Source: Vicinamibacterales bacterium (GTDB lineage: Bacteria > Acidobacteriota > Vicinamibacteria > Vicinamibacterales > UBA8438). From it: a stretch of DNA of 64,000 bases. The stretch lies in assembly GCA_036012905.1 (NCBI GenBank), contig DASCQF010000139.1, positions 31,273 through 95,272 on the forward strand. The letters are read 5' to 3'. Of this stretch, positions 39,656-49,470 are shown one piece after another. How positions within the stretch are numbered: the stretch's first letter is position 1; every line of letters begins with the position of its first letter. The notes under the pieces were generated by a model. That model saw nothing but the letters and a program-made list of their open reading frames with translations. It was not told where the DNA came from and searched no databases. Made by a program: the position numbers and the translations under genes.

Positions 39656-39695
39656 GGAGAGTCAATGGTGACGCGGATGGTCGAAACGATGCCCG

Positions 39696-40514
39696 CTACG
39701 TCGCAAGGGCCACCTTGTCGAGTTGCTCGGCCACTTCGGCCCGCAGCTCGGCCACCGGATTCAGTCGCTGGTCGAGCAGGTGCCGGCCCGCGACGTTGCC
39801 GAGGGCTTTCAACATCGATTGCTTGACGCCGGGATGCTCACGCTCGAGATCTAGCAGCAGCCGCTTGACCCGCTGTCGCTGCAGACTCAAATCTCCACAG
39901 GCGGGACAGCAGCAGCCGATCACCGGCAACCCAGCCATCCGGGTATAATCCCGCGCCTCTTCTTCGCTGACATAGACCAGCGGGCGGATCACGACGTGCC
40001 GCCGGTCGTCGGACACGAGACGAGCGGGCATCGCCTTCAACGCGCCGGCGAAAAACAGGTTGAGTAGGAGCGTTTCAATGAAGTCGTCCGCGTGATGCCC
40101 GAGCGCGATCTTGGTGGCCCCGACATCGCGCGCCACACGATACAACACCCCGCGCCGCAACCGGGCGCACAGCGAGCAGGGCGTCGCCCGCGCGTCGAGC
40201 TTGTCGTCGATGATGTCGCCAATCGACGTGTGCTCAATTCGGTACTCCCAGCCGTGCTCATCGCAGGTCCGCGCGATCGTATCGTGCTTGTAGCCATCAT
40301 ATCCGGAGTCCACATTCACCGCCACCAGCGTGAAATGAATCGGCGCTCGCCGACGCAACGCGTCGAGCAGCCGTAGCAGCGCCCAGCTGTCCTTGCCGCC
40401 GGACAGACCGACCATGACGCGGTCGCCATCTTCGATCAGATCGAAGTCGACGATTGCCCGCGTCGTCTTTCGCGCCAGCTTCTTCTCGAGCACGCTGTCG
40501 TAGGCCATGAACAC
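39696..40514 (-). CDS. ttcA: tRNA 2-thiocytidine(32) synthetase
   Basis: PP-loop SGGKDS, CSLCARLRRG and GCCCPACG cysteine clusters. GTG at 40514 or ATG at 40508. Confidence 0.9.
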   Translation of the reverse strand: MFMAYDSVLEKKLARKTTRAIVDFDLIEDGDRVMVGLSGGKDSWALLRLLDALRRRAPIHFTLVAVNVDSGYDGYKHDTIARTCDEHGWEYRIEHTSIGDIIDDKLDARATPCSLCARLRRGVLYRVARDVGATKIALGHHADDFIETLLLNLFFAGALKAMPARLVSDDRRHVVIRPLVYVSEEEARDYTRMAGLPVIGCCCPACGDLSLQRQRVKRLLLDLEREHPGVKQSMLKALGNVAGRHLLDQRLNPVAELRAEVAEQLDKVALAT

Positions 40515-40519
40515 TCAGT

Positions 40520-41563
40520 CTATCCGACGAGTAGCCGCTGAATCGTCTGCTCCCACGTGAACTCGCGCGCACGCGCCTCAGCTGCGACGCCGAGCCGCTC
40601 GGCCAGGGTGCCGTCGTCGAAGACCTGCCGAAAAGCGTTCGCCAGAGACTCCGGGTCAGGCAGTGCAACCAACCCTTCCTCATCCGACCGCACCAGCTCA
40701 GCCGGGCCGCCGCTGTCGACGCAGGTGATCACCGCTTTCCGCGACACAAACGCCTCCAACGTCACCAGCCCATAGTCCTCGGCGGATGGCACGTAACAGA
40801 CCGCACGGCAACACGCCAGGTGCTCGACCAACTCGGTCTCGTCGATGCTGCCCGCGAGACGCACCCGGTCAGCCAGACCCAGGTCGTCGATGCGCGACCG
40901 GAGAGTCTCGCGCTCTTCGCCGTCACCCGCAATCACGCACCGAATACCATCGGCCACCGGATGCGCCAAGGCCTCGAGCACGAGACCGACGCGTTTGAGC
41001 GGTGACAATCGCGACGCCACGAAGAGATAGTCCCCATATTCGTCGCAGCGATAGGGCCGAGGCGGCGGCGGCGGATACAGCACGTCCGACGGGATGCCAC
41101 CCCAGCGCTCGAGCCGACGTTGAATCGTCCGAGACTGCGCGAAGACCCGCCGGACGTTCCGGGTCAACAAATACCGGTCGGCCGCGTGAATGACCCGACG
41201 GCGCAGCCGTTCCTTGCCCCGCCCGCGCCATGACAGCGGCCCACTAAAGCGCGGCCATTGGTCGTAGTACTCGCGCATCCGATGATTGAGCCAGCAGACA
41301 TGCGAGGGATGCCGCACCGCGTAGCTTGGAAACCGAAAGCTCACCAGATGATCGATCGGATGCCCGTCGAAGGTCAGCCCGACGTCGGTCAGCCAAGTTG
41401 CCAGATACGCCGCCCCCTGCCGGCCAAACCGGTTCTGGGGTGTCCGTATCACGGTGGCCTCGTGGCCCGCCTCGCGTAACGCCCTCGTCAGCCCGTCGGC
41501 AATGACGAGATGCCCGCCTCTTGCGAAGAGGGGATGCGATGTGACGACCGCTACTCGTGCCAC
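40520..41563 (-). CDS. GT4 (GT-B fold) glycosyltransferase
   Basis: GTG start. C-terminal EDYGLVTLEAF....TCVDSGGPAELV is a typical GT4 E-x7-E region. Its stop is 5 nt from the ttcA start. Confidence 0.8.
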   Translation of the reverse strand: MARVAVVTSHPLFARGGHLVIADGLTRALREAGHEATVIRTPQNRFGRQGAAYLATWLTDVGLTFDGHPIDHLVSFRFPSYAVRHPSHVCWLNHRMREYYDQWPRFSGPLSWRGRGKERLRRRVIHAADRYLLTRNVRRVFAQSRTIQRRLERWGGIPSDVLYPPPPPRPYRCDEYGDYLFVASRLSPLKRVGLVLEALAHPVADGIRCVIAGDGEERETLRSRIDDLGLADRVRLAGSIDETELVEHLACCRAVCYVPSAEDYGLVTLEAFVSRKAVITCVDSGGPAELVRSDEEGLVALPDPESLANAFRQVFDDGTLAERLGVAAEARAREFTWEQTIQRLLVG

Positions 41564-41567
41564 CCTG

Positions 41568-42743
41568 TCAGCGTCTCCGTCCGATCACGATCAGCCCCAG
41601 GGACACCCACGGCACGAACCGTCCAAGCGGCAACAGCCCTTTCATCAGCCACCGGTTCTTACGCCGGTTGCCGTAGGACTGCAGATGATCCTCGGTCCGG
41701 TCGCCGCTCCACAGGTTGGTGAGCCATAGCTCCAGATAGAGACACGACTGCCCAACGAACTCGAACCCTGCGTCTCGCAACAGCGGCCCCGCCAACTCGC
41801 GGTAGGACAGCTCGCTCAGGTGGTCCTCGCTGCAGGGTCGTTCGCGGCGGTCGGCAACCGCCAGCAACCGTTCACGATTTGGTGTGGTGATGATAACGAT
41901 ACCGCCCGGCTTTAGCACCCGGCGCCACTCGGCGAGCGATGCCGAAGCGACCGGCGTGTGCTCGATGACCTCCCCGGCGAAGACCGCATCGAACTGCCGG
42001 TCCGTGAACGGCAACTGATCGACGTCGAACACCGCCCAGTGCTGCTCCGGCACCTCCGCCGCCCGGGTCCGCACTCCGACGTATTCGAGATCCCCCGAGA
42101 CGACGCTGAACGGGAACGTCCCATCGATTTCCGAAAAGAGCGACCGCCCGCACCCGACGTCGAGCGCGCACCCGCCGGATGGAATATATTTCTCGAACAG
42201 GCGACGCAACCGCTTCTTCTTGTACTCGTGCAGCTCCCACAGAAACGGCTGGTCTTCGGGCGGCGTGTAGCCCTCTGTCGCGTATTGCCGGTCATAGAAA
42301 TCGCGCAGGATGTCGCGGTCGAGGAACTTGAGCAGCGTCGTCTCGATTCGCCGGATCTGTCCCTCGCAGTCTCGGAACACCAGCTGCAAATCGGCGAGCG
42401 GATCGAAACAGTAATCCGGGTTGTGCCACGAATCGACCAGCGCCAGCGTGTCTCCGTTCACGGAAATGGTGACCGACTCCGAGCGCACCGGGTCGAAATC
42501 CATCTGCAACTCCGCGATCCCTTCACCACGCGGCAGATCGAATCGCCACCACCCCACATGGCGGTGGGGATGAGCGTGGTCCCGATGCCCGTAGATGTCG
42601 ACCGTGAACACGTAGTCCGACGGGTCACCTGTTCGATATCGGAACTCCGTCACGCCTTTCCGGTCGCGTTCCGGTGCCGCGCCGGGTCCCATGTGCACGC
42701 GATGCGGCCACCGCGACCCAAGGAAGCGGTCCGACGTCACCAT
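41568..42743 (-). CDS. methyltransferase with unknown His-rich N-terminal domain and C-terminal TM tail
   Basis: Track ORF 41568..42875. The ATG at 42743 lies 2 nt after the upstream stop. SAM motif I is ALDVGCGRSLF, followed by FDAVFAGEVIEHT and LKPGGIVIITTPN. The N-terminal ~170 aa (YGHRDHAHPHRHVGWWRFD) are not recognised. The C-terminal end LLPLGRFVPWVSLGLIVIG is hydrophobic. Confidence 0.7.
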   Translation of the reverse strand: MVTSDRFLGSRWPHRVHMGPGAAPERDRKGVTEFRYRTGDPSDYVFTVDIYGHRDHAHPHRHVGWWRFDLPRGEGIAELQMDFDPVRSESVTISVNGDTLALVDSWHNPDYCFDPLADLQLVFRDCEGQIRRIETTLLKFLDRDILRDFYDRQYATEGYTPPEDQPFLWELHEYKKKRLRRLFEKYIPSGGCALDVGCGRSLFSEIDGTFPFSVVSGDLEYVGVRTRAAEVPEQHWAVFDVDQLPFTDRQFDAVFAGEVIEHTPVASASLAEWRRVLKPGGIVIITTPNRERLLAVADRRERPCSEDHLSELSYRELAGPLLRDAGFEFVGQSCLYLELWLTNLWSGDRTEDHLQSYGNRRKNRWLMKGLLPLGRFVPWVSLGLIVIGRRR

Positions 42744-42745
42744 CC

Positions 42746-44686
42746 TTATTGAGCCTGCGTCGGAACCGCGGTCAGGCTGATCGCGGCGCCGAGATACCGC
42801 TCGTCGTCCGACCCGGCCTCGACAAGACGGGGCACGAACCCGGCGCTGGTCGTAACCTGCATCAGATAGGCCCAACTGCGACGCGAGTAGATCCCCCGAG
42901 GGCGAATCGTGACCGAACCAGGGACGTCAGGCTCCAGCGTGATCCGCCCGTCCCTCCCCCCTATGTCGATCGCCACCTCGGTCGCAATTCCCGAGCGCGC
43001 CGTGACGGTGATGGTCTCGAGCGGTCTTGGGTTCGTGTGGCGCACGATGATGTCGGTGCGACGCTCCCCTGCAACCCAGATCCCCGGCGATTCGGGCAGC
43101 GAAGCGTTCTCGTCCAGAAAATGAAGCTCCAGCACCGGGTCCTCGCCGTAGATCACGCGGGAGCGAGGGGGATCCAGCATGATCGGCAGGTCGCGCACCA
43201 TCGTGAGCTCGACCGGCAGCAGACGAAACAGGCCGTGCATCGGGGCCAGATACGGCTGATTGGCTGTCACGAAGGGGTTGAGCAGCATCTGCGCTGTGAA
43301 GAGCGACCCGCCCAGCCAAGCCGCGATCGCCGGCCCGTGACCGCGGAGCGTCGGAGTCAGGAACAGAAACAGCGGATAGGCACTCAGGTAGTAGCGGTTG
43401 CCGTTTGGCCCGCCACCGCCGGACCACGTAAACGGCATATAGACCGCAAGCGTGACCGCCGCCAGCACGACCGTCGCCAGGATCAGCCAGTGCCAAAGCT
43501 GCGCCTCGGCCCGGCCACGCAGGAACAACAGCAGCACGACGACCCCTGGGAAAAAGAACGGGATGAACCCGAAGTGCCGCCCCACCAGGAAATACCGAAG
43601 GTTGTGGAACAGCAGCGTCAAGAATGCGACCGGTCCCTCTGTGGCTTCGACCACAATGCTGTCGGTCGTCATCGTCGTCCCGACATCGTCGAACTCGACC
43701 CCCGGGGCCTCGAACGGAAACTCGCCCGCTACATACTTGCGGTCGAGACCGCCCTGATAGATGAACTCGCCGCTGATCAGTGCGTTCAGCCCGAGCGCCG
43801 CCACGGACACGCCGGCGGCCAGGAACCCCACCGCGATCCCGTGTCGAAATCGCCGCTGCCGCCACAGGTGCAGGACGGGCGGCGCGATGAACAGCGGGTG
43901 GGGCCACGGCTTCGAAAAGATGACCAGTCCGAGTATGACGGCTGCCACCAGATCGCTGCCGGGGCTGCGCAGCCACCGTCCGAACCAGGTCGTCGGGGCC
44001 GGCGCGACATCCTTGTAGAACCAGAGCAGGTAGGCGAAAAAGACGAAGGCGAAGTGGAAGATCTCCGACTGCAGCCAGACGACGTAGAGCGGGACGATCG
44101 ACGCGCCAAGAAACGCCAGCACAAACACCAGGGCGACGTGCCCCGGCGAACGCGCGGCAACGAAACGATACGCTCCGAACACAACCGCCGACAGCAGCAC
44201 GACATTGAACCAGAGGAGACCGTTCAAACCGGCGACCCAGACAAACGGCGCAGCGAACAGCGACGACATGTAGGCCTTGCCGAAGTACAGCCGGCCGTCG
44301 CGGCCATCGGGATATGTCTCGCGATGGATGAACGGGAATGTCCCGTCGACGTCATAAGACGACCGGGCACCGATCTTGAGATAGATGCCTTCGGGCCCGC
44401 CACCGTAGATCTCGAAGAACCGTTCGATGTCTCCACGCTCGTAGACGAGATCGCCGTCGTAGGCGACGCTCAGCGCCATCGCTACATAGGTCGCCTCGTC
44501 TCCCTTGATGCCGAACCCCGTTCGCGGCACATCGATCGAGAGCGCCACAGCCGACCCTACCCACAGGAGGGCCAGTGCCACCAGGAGACCGGGGTCCCTC
44601 ATGGACGACAGGGCGACACGCGGCCCGTCGCCGCCCGTCGAAGCGGACGTGGGATTCATCGGGTCGATCATATCTGACCGGCTCAT
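42746..44686 (-). CDS. GT-C fold membrane glycosyltransferase (PMT/ArnT-like) with C-terminal soluble domain
   Basis: At least 10 hydrophobic segments. A DEATY motif follows TM1, the position of the catalytic Asp in the first periplasmic loop of GT-C enzymes. The C-terminal domain of about 170 aa is non-membrane. Confidence 0.7.
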   Translation of the reverse strand: MSRSDMIDPMNPTSASTGGDGPRVALSSMRDPGLLVALALLWVGSAVALSIDVPRTGFGIKGDEATYVAMALSVAYDGDLVYERGDIERFFEIYGGGPEGIYLKIGARSSYDVDGTFPFIHRETYPDGRDGRLYFGKAYMSSLFAAPFVWVAGLNGLLWFNVVLLSAVVFGAYRFVAARSPGHVALVFVLAFLGASIVPLYVVWLQSEIFHFAFVFFAYLLWFYKDVAPAPTTWFGRWLRSPGSDLVAAVILGLVIFSKPWPHPLFIAPPVLHLWRQRRFRHGIAVGFLAAGVSVAALGLNALISGEFIYQGGLDRKYVAGEFPFEAPGVEFDDVGTTMTTDSIVVEATEGPVAFLTLLFHNLRYFLVGRHFGFIPFFFPGVVVLLLFLRGRAEAQLWHWLILATVVLAAVTLAVYMPFTWSGGGGPNGNRYYLSAYPLFLFLTPTLRGHGPAIAAWLGGSLFTAQMLLNPFVTANQPYLAPMHGLFRLLPVELTMVRDLPIMLDPPRSRVIYGEDPVLELHFLDENASLPESPGIWVAGERRTDIIVRHTNPRPLETITVTARSGIATEVAIDIGGRDGRITLEPDVPGSVTIRPRGIYSRRSWAYLMQVTTSAGFVPRLVEAGSDDERYLGAAISLTAVPTQAQ

Positions 44687-45903
44687 CTGCTCCGCAATGG
44701 GTCGATCGGCCTGGACAGAAAGGACAAATCGGCCTTCGAGACCCCCTCGCGGTGGGTTTTGCGCGACACCTCGTGCATCACCTCGTAGAGCCGCTCCATC
44801 TTCCGGACGAACACGCCGATGTCATATGCCGCGCCGGTCTCTCTGGCCTGCCGGCTCAGCCGCTCGCGCGTTGCCGGGTCACGCCGCAGTCCGATGATGG
44901 CCTCGGCCAGAGCCTCGGCGTCGCGGCGAGGGACGACGCGAGCGTCGCCGTCCGGGGTGAGGATGTCGAGCAGGCCGTCGCAGTCGGTTGCGACGATCGG
45001 GCGTCCCATCGCGAGCGCCTCGAACGCCGTCAGCGGGGTACCTTCCCACAACGACGGAAACACGACCAGGTCTAAGGCCGCGTAAGCGCTGGACACGTCT
45101 CGCATGAACCCGAGAAAGGTCACTCGGTCGGCCACCCCGAGCGTGCGCGCCTGCGCCTCGAGCATCTCCCGAAGCTCCCCCTCGCCCACAATGTAGAAGC
45201 GTATCTTCGGCTCTACGGCGAGCACTTTCGGGATCGCTTCGATCAGAAACTGATTGCCCTTCGACGGCATCAGCCGGGTGACCGTGCCGACCGCGAAGAC
45301 GCCCTCGGGTACTCCGAGCGCGGCTCGCGCCGCGCGTATCTCCGCGTCAGACCAAGCCCGGCCGAACTCGTCCACCGGCGCGCCCAGGTACACAACGCGG
45401 GTCCGGTCCGCCGGAACCCGCCTGGCGTTGATGACAAACTCGGCCGTTGACCGGGACACCGCGATCGCAAGATCTGTGAAGGGCAGCAGCAGCTCATCGG
45501 CGACTTGCTGGAACCACGGGGTAGACGTGAGGTTGGCATGCTCATGCAACAACGTCGGTGTCCGGCGCCAGGCGGCCGCCAGCCGTCCGAATGTCGTGGC
45601 TCCGTACCCGTGCATGTGCAGGATATCGGCTTGCTTTTCGTCGAGGACTCGCAACAGCGCCGGTAACGTGCGTGGATCGAACTTACCGCGGTCTAGATAC
45701 GTGACGTCAATCCCGAACCGCTCGAGATTGTCCTCCGATTCGTCTCGCCTGCGCAGGCTAATCAGCGAGACGTTGAACCGGTCGCTGTCGAATCGCGGGA
45801 TCATCCAGGCGAAGAGCCGCTTCACCCCATGCATTCGCGAACCGGTCCATCCGAGGTGGTCGCAAATCTGAACGACGTTGAGGGGACGAGGGGACATACC
45901 CAT
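44683..45903 (-). CDS. GT4 glycosyltransferase
   Basis: The ATG at 45903 (MGMSPRPLNVVQICDHLGW) lies 2 nt after the upstream stop. SLWEGTPLTAFEALAMGRPIVATDCDG is the GT4 core. Its stop overlaps the GT-C start (ATGA). Confidence 0.8.
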   Translation of the reverse strand: MGMSPRPLNVVQICDHLGWTGSRMHGVKRLFAWMIPRFDSDRFNVSLISLRRRDESEDNLERFGIDVTYLDRGKFDPRTLPALLRVLDEKQADILHMHGYGATTFGRLAAAWRRTPTLLHEHANLTSTPWFQQVADELLLPFTDLAIAVSRSTAEFVINARRVPADRTRVVYLGAPVDEFGRAWSDAEIRAARAALGVPEGVFAVGTVTRLMPSKGNQFLIEAIPKVLAVEPKIRFYIVGEGELREMLEAQARTLGVADRVTFLGFMRDVSSAYAALDLVVFPSLWEGTPLTAFEALAMGRPIVATDCDGLLDILTPDGDARVVPRRDAEALAEAIIGLRRDPATRERLSRQARETGAAYDIGVFVRKMERLYEVMHEVSRKTHREGVSKADLSFLSRPIDPLRSR

Positions 45904-45905
45904 GC

Positions 45906-46892
45906 TCAGAGCATTCCCTGTTCCCGATACCACACCGTCGTGCGGTGGATTCCATCCTCGAGATCCACGTTCGGGTTGAAGCCGAGCTCTCGTCGAGCCC
46001 GTGACGCGTCGAACGCGCGGCTCTTCGTGTAGAACTCGACCCGACGGCGATAGAGCGGTGGCTCGATGCGCAGCGGCACACACACCAGCTCGCACAGCGC
46101 ACCGGCAAGCCAGACAGGCCAGACCGGCAGAGCGAGGCGCGGCGGGTCGACACCGAGCTCAGAGGCAATCAGGGCCACCAGTTCCCTCAGCGTGGTGTAG
46201 CGTGGCCCGGCCAGCAGGTATGTCCGACCGACGGCCGCCGGCACCGTGCCACATAACCGGAAGCCCTCTACCAGGTCCGCAACGTACGTCAGATGATAGA
46301 AGACCCCCCCGTTCCCAAGCATCGGCAACCGGCGCCGCGCGATGCCGCGAAACAGCTTGAGAAAGCGGGTGTCGCCTGGACCGTAGATCCCGATCGGCCG
46401 AGCTACGACTACCTCGAGCCGGCCGGCCTCGCCCCATGCACGCGCCACCCGCTCTCCCTCGAGCTTGGTCTCCTGGTAGATATCGCCCGGCGCTAGCGGC
46501 GCGTCCTCGGTAGCCGGCGGACGCTCGACGTGCCCGTGTACACCGCCCGTGCTGCAATGCACGATTCGTCGCACACCCGCCGTCTGCGCCGCCTCGAGCA
46601 GCCGGCGCGTGCCCTCGACATTGACGTCGCGATAGGCCGCAGCGCCCTGGCCCGCCATCCGGTACATCGCGGCAATGTGGTAGACGACCTCGATCTGGTG
46701 GCACGCGACTTCGAGTGAACGCGCATCTCCCAGGTCGCCGATTGCGACCTCCGCACCGGCGTCCAGGAGCCTGCCAACCCGGTCCTGGCTGACATGCCGC
46801 ACGAGCGCGCGCACCGTGTCCCCGGCGTTGGCCAGATGACGCGCCAGCCAACCGCCGGTAAAACCGGTCGCACCGGTGACCAGCACCCTCAC
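45906..46892 (-). CDS. NAD-dependent epimerase/dehydratase
   Basis: GTG start. VTGATGFTGGWLARHL Rossmann motif and YQETK (YxxxK). 4-nt overlap with the upstream GT4 gene. Confidence 0.8.
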   Translation of the reverse strand: MRVLVTGATGFTGGWLARHLANAGDTVRALVRHVSQDRVGRLLDAGAEVAIGDLGDARSLEVACHQIEVVYHIAAMYRMAGQGAAAYRDVNVEGTRRLLEAAQTAGVRRIVHCSTGGVHGHVERPPATEDAPLAPGDIYQETKLEGERVARAWGEAGRLEVVVARPIGIYGPGDTRFLKLFRGIARRRLPMLGNGGVFYHLTYVADLVEGFRLCGTVPAAVGRTYLLAGPRYTTLRELVALIASELGVDPPRLALPVWPVWLAGALCELVCVPLRIEPPLYRRRVEFYTKSRAFDASRARRELGFNPNVDLEDGIHRTTVWYREQGML

Positions 46893-48127
46893 GGCGACGT
46901 CACGCTCCCGGCCGTCGCACTGCCGGTCGCGGCCGATGCTCGGTCGGGCAACGTCCCGGCCCCGAGCAGTCGCGCGTAGGCCTCGCGTGTCCGTTCCAAG
47001 TAGGACGCCCGGCTGTACTTGCGCGCCGCCAGCGCCGCGGCGGCCGTGGCCAATCGCTTCCGTTCCGCCGGCTCGTCGATGAGCCGCCCGACCGCCTCGG
47101 CGAGCGCCGACGGGTCCGGCGCGACGAGCACGGCCGTGCCCGGCTCGAGCACCTGTGTGTGTGTCCGCAGATTCGTCGCAATGATCGGCCGGCCGGACCG
47201 CAGATATGAATAGATCTTCAGCGGCGTGTTGGTACCGGCAATGCGGGGCGACACCAGGATGTCAGACGCGGTTACGAACGAGGGGATCTCGTGCGCCGGG
47301 CGGCGGCCGGCGAAGACCAACGGGAGCGCGTCGCGTTCCGCGGTCACCCGAGCCGCCGCCACCTGCTCGGCGTCGCCGCCTACGATGAGGATCCGCGCGG
47401 CCGGATGAGTCCTCTTCAGCTGGGCTGCCGCGCCATACAGCAACTCGAGCCCCTGATAGGCCTCGAAGGTCCCCGTATACAGCACGACGGGCGTCGACGC
47501 CATGATGCCCCAATGCTCCCGCACGGGCACAGACACGTCGGCATCATCCACGTCACCACCCATCACGTTTTCGATCAGGATGGCCCGCTCGCCCGCGCCA
47601 ATCGCAACCACCGTGTCCTGCAATTCCTGACAGATCGTGATTACGACCTGTGATCCAGCGATCATCGCTCGCTCCGACCGCTCGAAGATCTGTCGGATCA
47701 ACCGGGACCGCGAATAGCCGAAGCTCGTCAACTGCTGCGGCAGACTCGAATGCATGTCATACAAATGTGGAATTCGCAGACGCCTGGCCAGCCACACTCC
47801 CAACGCCCCGGCTTCCTCGTGCGAATGGATGGCCGCATAACGCCCGGGTCGAGCCAGTCGAATCGCGGTCGTCGCGAGCGACAGGTCCAGAAGCACTTTG
47901 ACGAGCGATGGGCCAATCGCCACACGACGCACGAACGGTGGTTTCACGCAACGATAGATTCGCAGGTTCGGAAGATCAACATCCTGTCCGATCGGGTAGG
48001 TGACCAGATCGATCTGCACCCCGAGTTCGCCGAGCGCCTTGATCCGGTGGTACTCGCTGAAGGGCGTTCCCCGCGGCTCGAAGAACGGCTCCGGGGCGAG
48101 CATCAGGACGCGGGGAGCGGTGCTCAC
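46889..48127 (-). CDS. GT4 glycosyltransferase
   Basis: RVLMLAPEPFFEPRGTPFS N-terminus; the C-terminal half is typical of GT4. The start is uncertain: GTG at 48127, ATG at 48103, or the track start at 48214. Confidence 0.75.
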   Translation of the reverse strand: MSTAPRVLMLAPEPFFEPRGTPFSEYHRIKALGELGVQIDLVTYPIGQDVDLPNLRIYRCVKPPFVRRVAIGPSLVKVLLDLSLATTAIRLARPGRYAAIHSHEEAGALGVWLARRLRIPHLYDMHSSLPQQLTSFGYSRSRLIRQIFERSERAMIAGSQVVITICQELQDTVVAIGAGERAILIENVMGGDVDDADVSVPVREHWGIMASTPVVLYTGTFEAYQGLELLYGAAAQLKRTHPAARILIVGGDAEQVAAARVTAERDALPLVFAGRRPAHEIPSFVTASDILVSPRIAGTNTPLKIYSYLRSGRPIIATNLRTHTQVLEPGTAVLVAPDPSALAEAVGRLIDEPAERKRLATAAAALAARKYSRASYLERTREAYARLLGAGTLPDRASAATGSATAGSVTSP

Positions 48128-48389
48128 AGTCGTCGAGGGCAGGATCTGACGAGGCCGGATCGCCACGCGTGGGTGATCGTCGAGAGTATAGCCACTCCGA
48201 CACCGACCGGTCAACGGTCCGCTCGGCGTTTGTTACTGAAACAAAAGGGAGTTACGAGCGACAAGTACCCAACGGTCGGAGGTCGAAGCTGGACACCCTG
48301 GAGCGGACCGGACCGGCGCCCGACGACGATACGCCGCTCGACAACCTCCGGCACCGACCGAGGTCCGGACGGCTCGAGCCGCGGTATCG

Positions 48390-49163
48390 CTAAAACCGTG
48401 CGCGTAGACCGATGCCCACCTGCACCCCACCGACATCGATCGATTGAGTCCCGCCATTTGCCGGGATGTCGACGGTTCCCCCGGCCCAGCGCACGAAGAG
48501 ACCGCCACCAAGCTGCTCGGTGACCATGTAGGTAGTATCCACGCCAACGTTGCCTCCGACGCCGCTCTCACTGACCGACGCGGTTGCCGCCGAGGCAATC
48601 GCCACGGCATCGAACGGCGCGCCGATCTCTGACGTGGTGACGCCCGAGATCAGGCTTTGGTCCACGCTGAAAAACGACGGTCCACCGGCCACGGTGACGC
48701 TGATCTTCTCATTGATTGGTATCACCCAGGCCGCCTGAACATGCACCCCGAGCTCTTTGTGCTCCAGATCGGCACGCGCAAAGCTGGCAGACCGCGGCCG
48801 GCTGAAGAACAGTGGGTGCGGCACAGACCCGGTGATGACCGCTCCGTCCGCCGTCGAGAACGACGTCACCGCCACGCCAGCGGCCAGATTCCGCCAAACA
48901 CGCAGGCCCCAGCCGACATCGAACTGCCCACCCCCGCCGCTCAGGTGGCTCACGTCGTACGTCGCCTCCTCCGCGAAGACCGTCTCGGAGAGACTCTCCC
49001 CGAAGGCGCGATCGCCGGACTGATAGCTGTAATTGATGCTGAAGTACCCGATGTCCTGCCACGCCTGCATCTGAGCCTCAGCCCACCCCACCGCCACAAC
49101 ACTGACCGCCAGAACCCCGACGGCGCTCACCACCCAACTCGTTGCTCGTCCAAATCGCTGCAT
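48390..49163 (-). CDS. outer-membrane beta-barrel protein
   Basis: GAGGTGA RBS. Signal peptide MQRFGRATSWVVSAVGVLAVSVVAVGWAEA. Alternating strand pattern. C-terminal beta-signal VGIGLRARF ends in Phe. Confidence 0.7.
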   Translation of the reverse strand: MQRFGRATSWVVSAVGVLAVSVVAVGWAEAQMQAWQDIGYFSINYSYQSGDRAFGESLSETVFAEEATYDVSHLSGGGGQFDVGWGLRVWRNLAAGVAVTSFSTADGAVITGSVPHPLFFSRPRSASFARADLEHKELGVHVQAAWVIPINEKISVTVAGGPSFFSVDQSLISGVTTSEIGAPFDAVAIASAATASVSESGVGGNVGVDTTYMVTEQLGGGLFVRWAGGTVDIPANGGTQSIDVGGVQVGIGLRARF

Positions 49164-49470
49164 CTGGCTACTCACCTCGAACGCCGAGGACTCGACATGC
49201 CCGCCACCCAACCCGGCACGAGGTGCCCTCAGCACTGGTCACCCGTCACTGCTGAACGAGGGATGGTAGCACAACAGCCCGCGGACCGGCTGTCGCCACT
49301 CGCTCGACATCTACTGTTCCTGCTCGCAGGCGAAGTCCCGCCGTCTGGACGCTCTGCGGAAGCAGCTCTGATATGATTCCGCGTCGCCACGGTGGCGGGT
49401 CCGGGACGCCGGTCACATCACCGTAGGCCAGCGCGTGGTGCTGTGTTGATGAATACGTCGGTGATTAATC

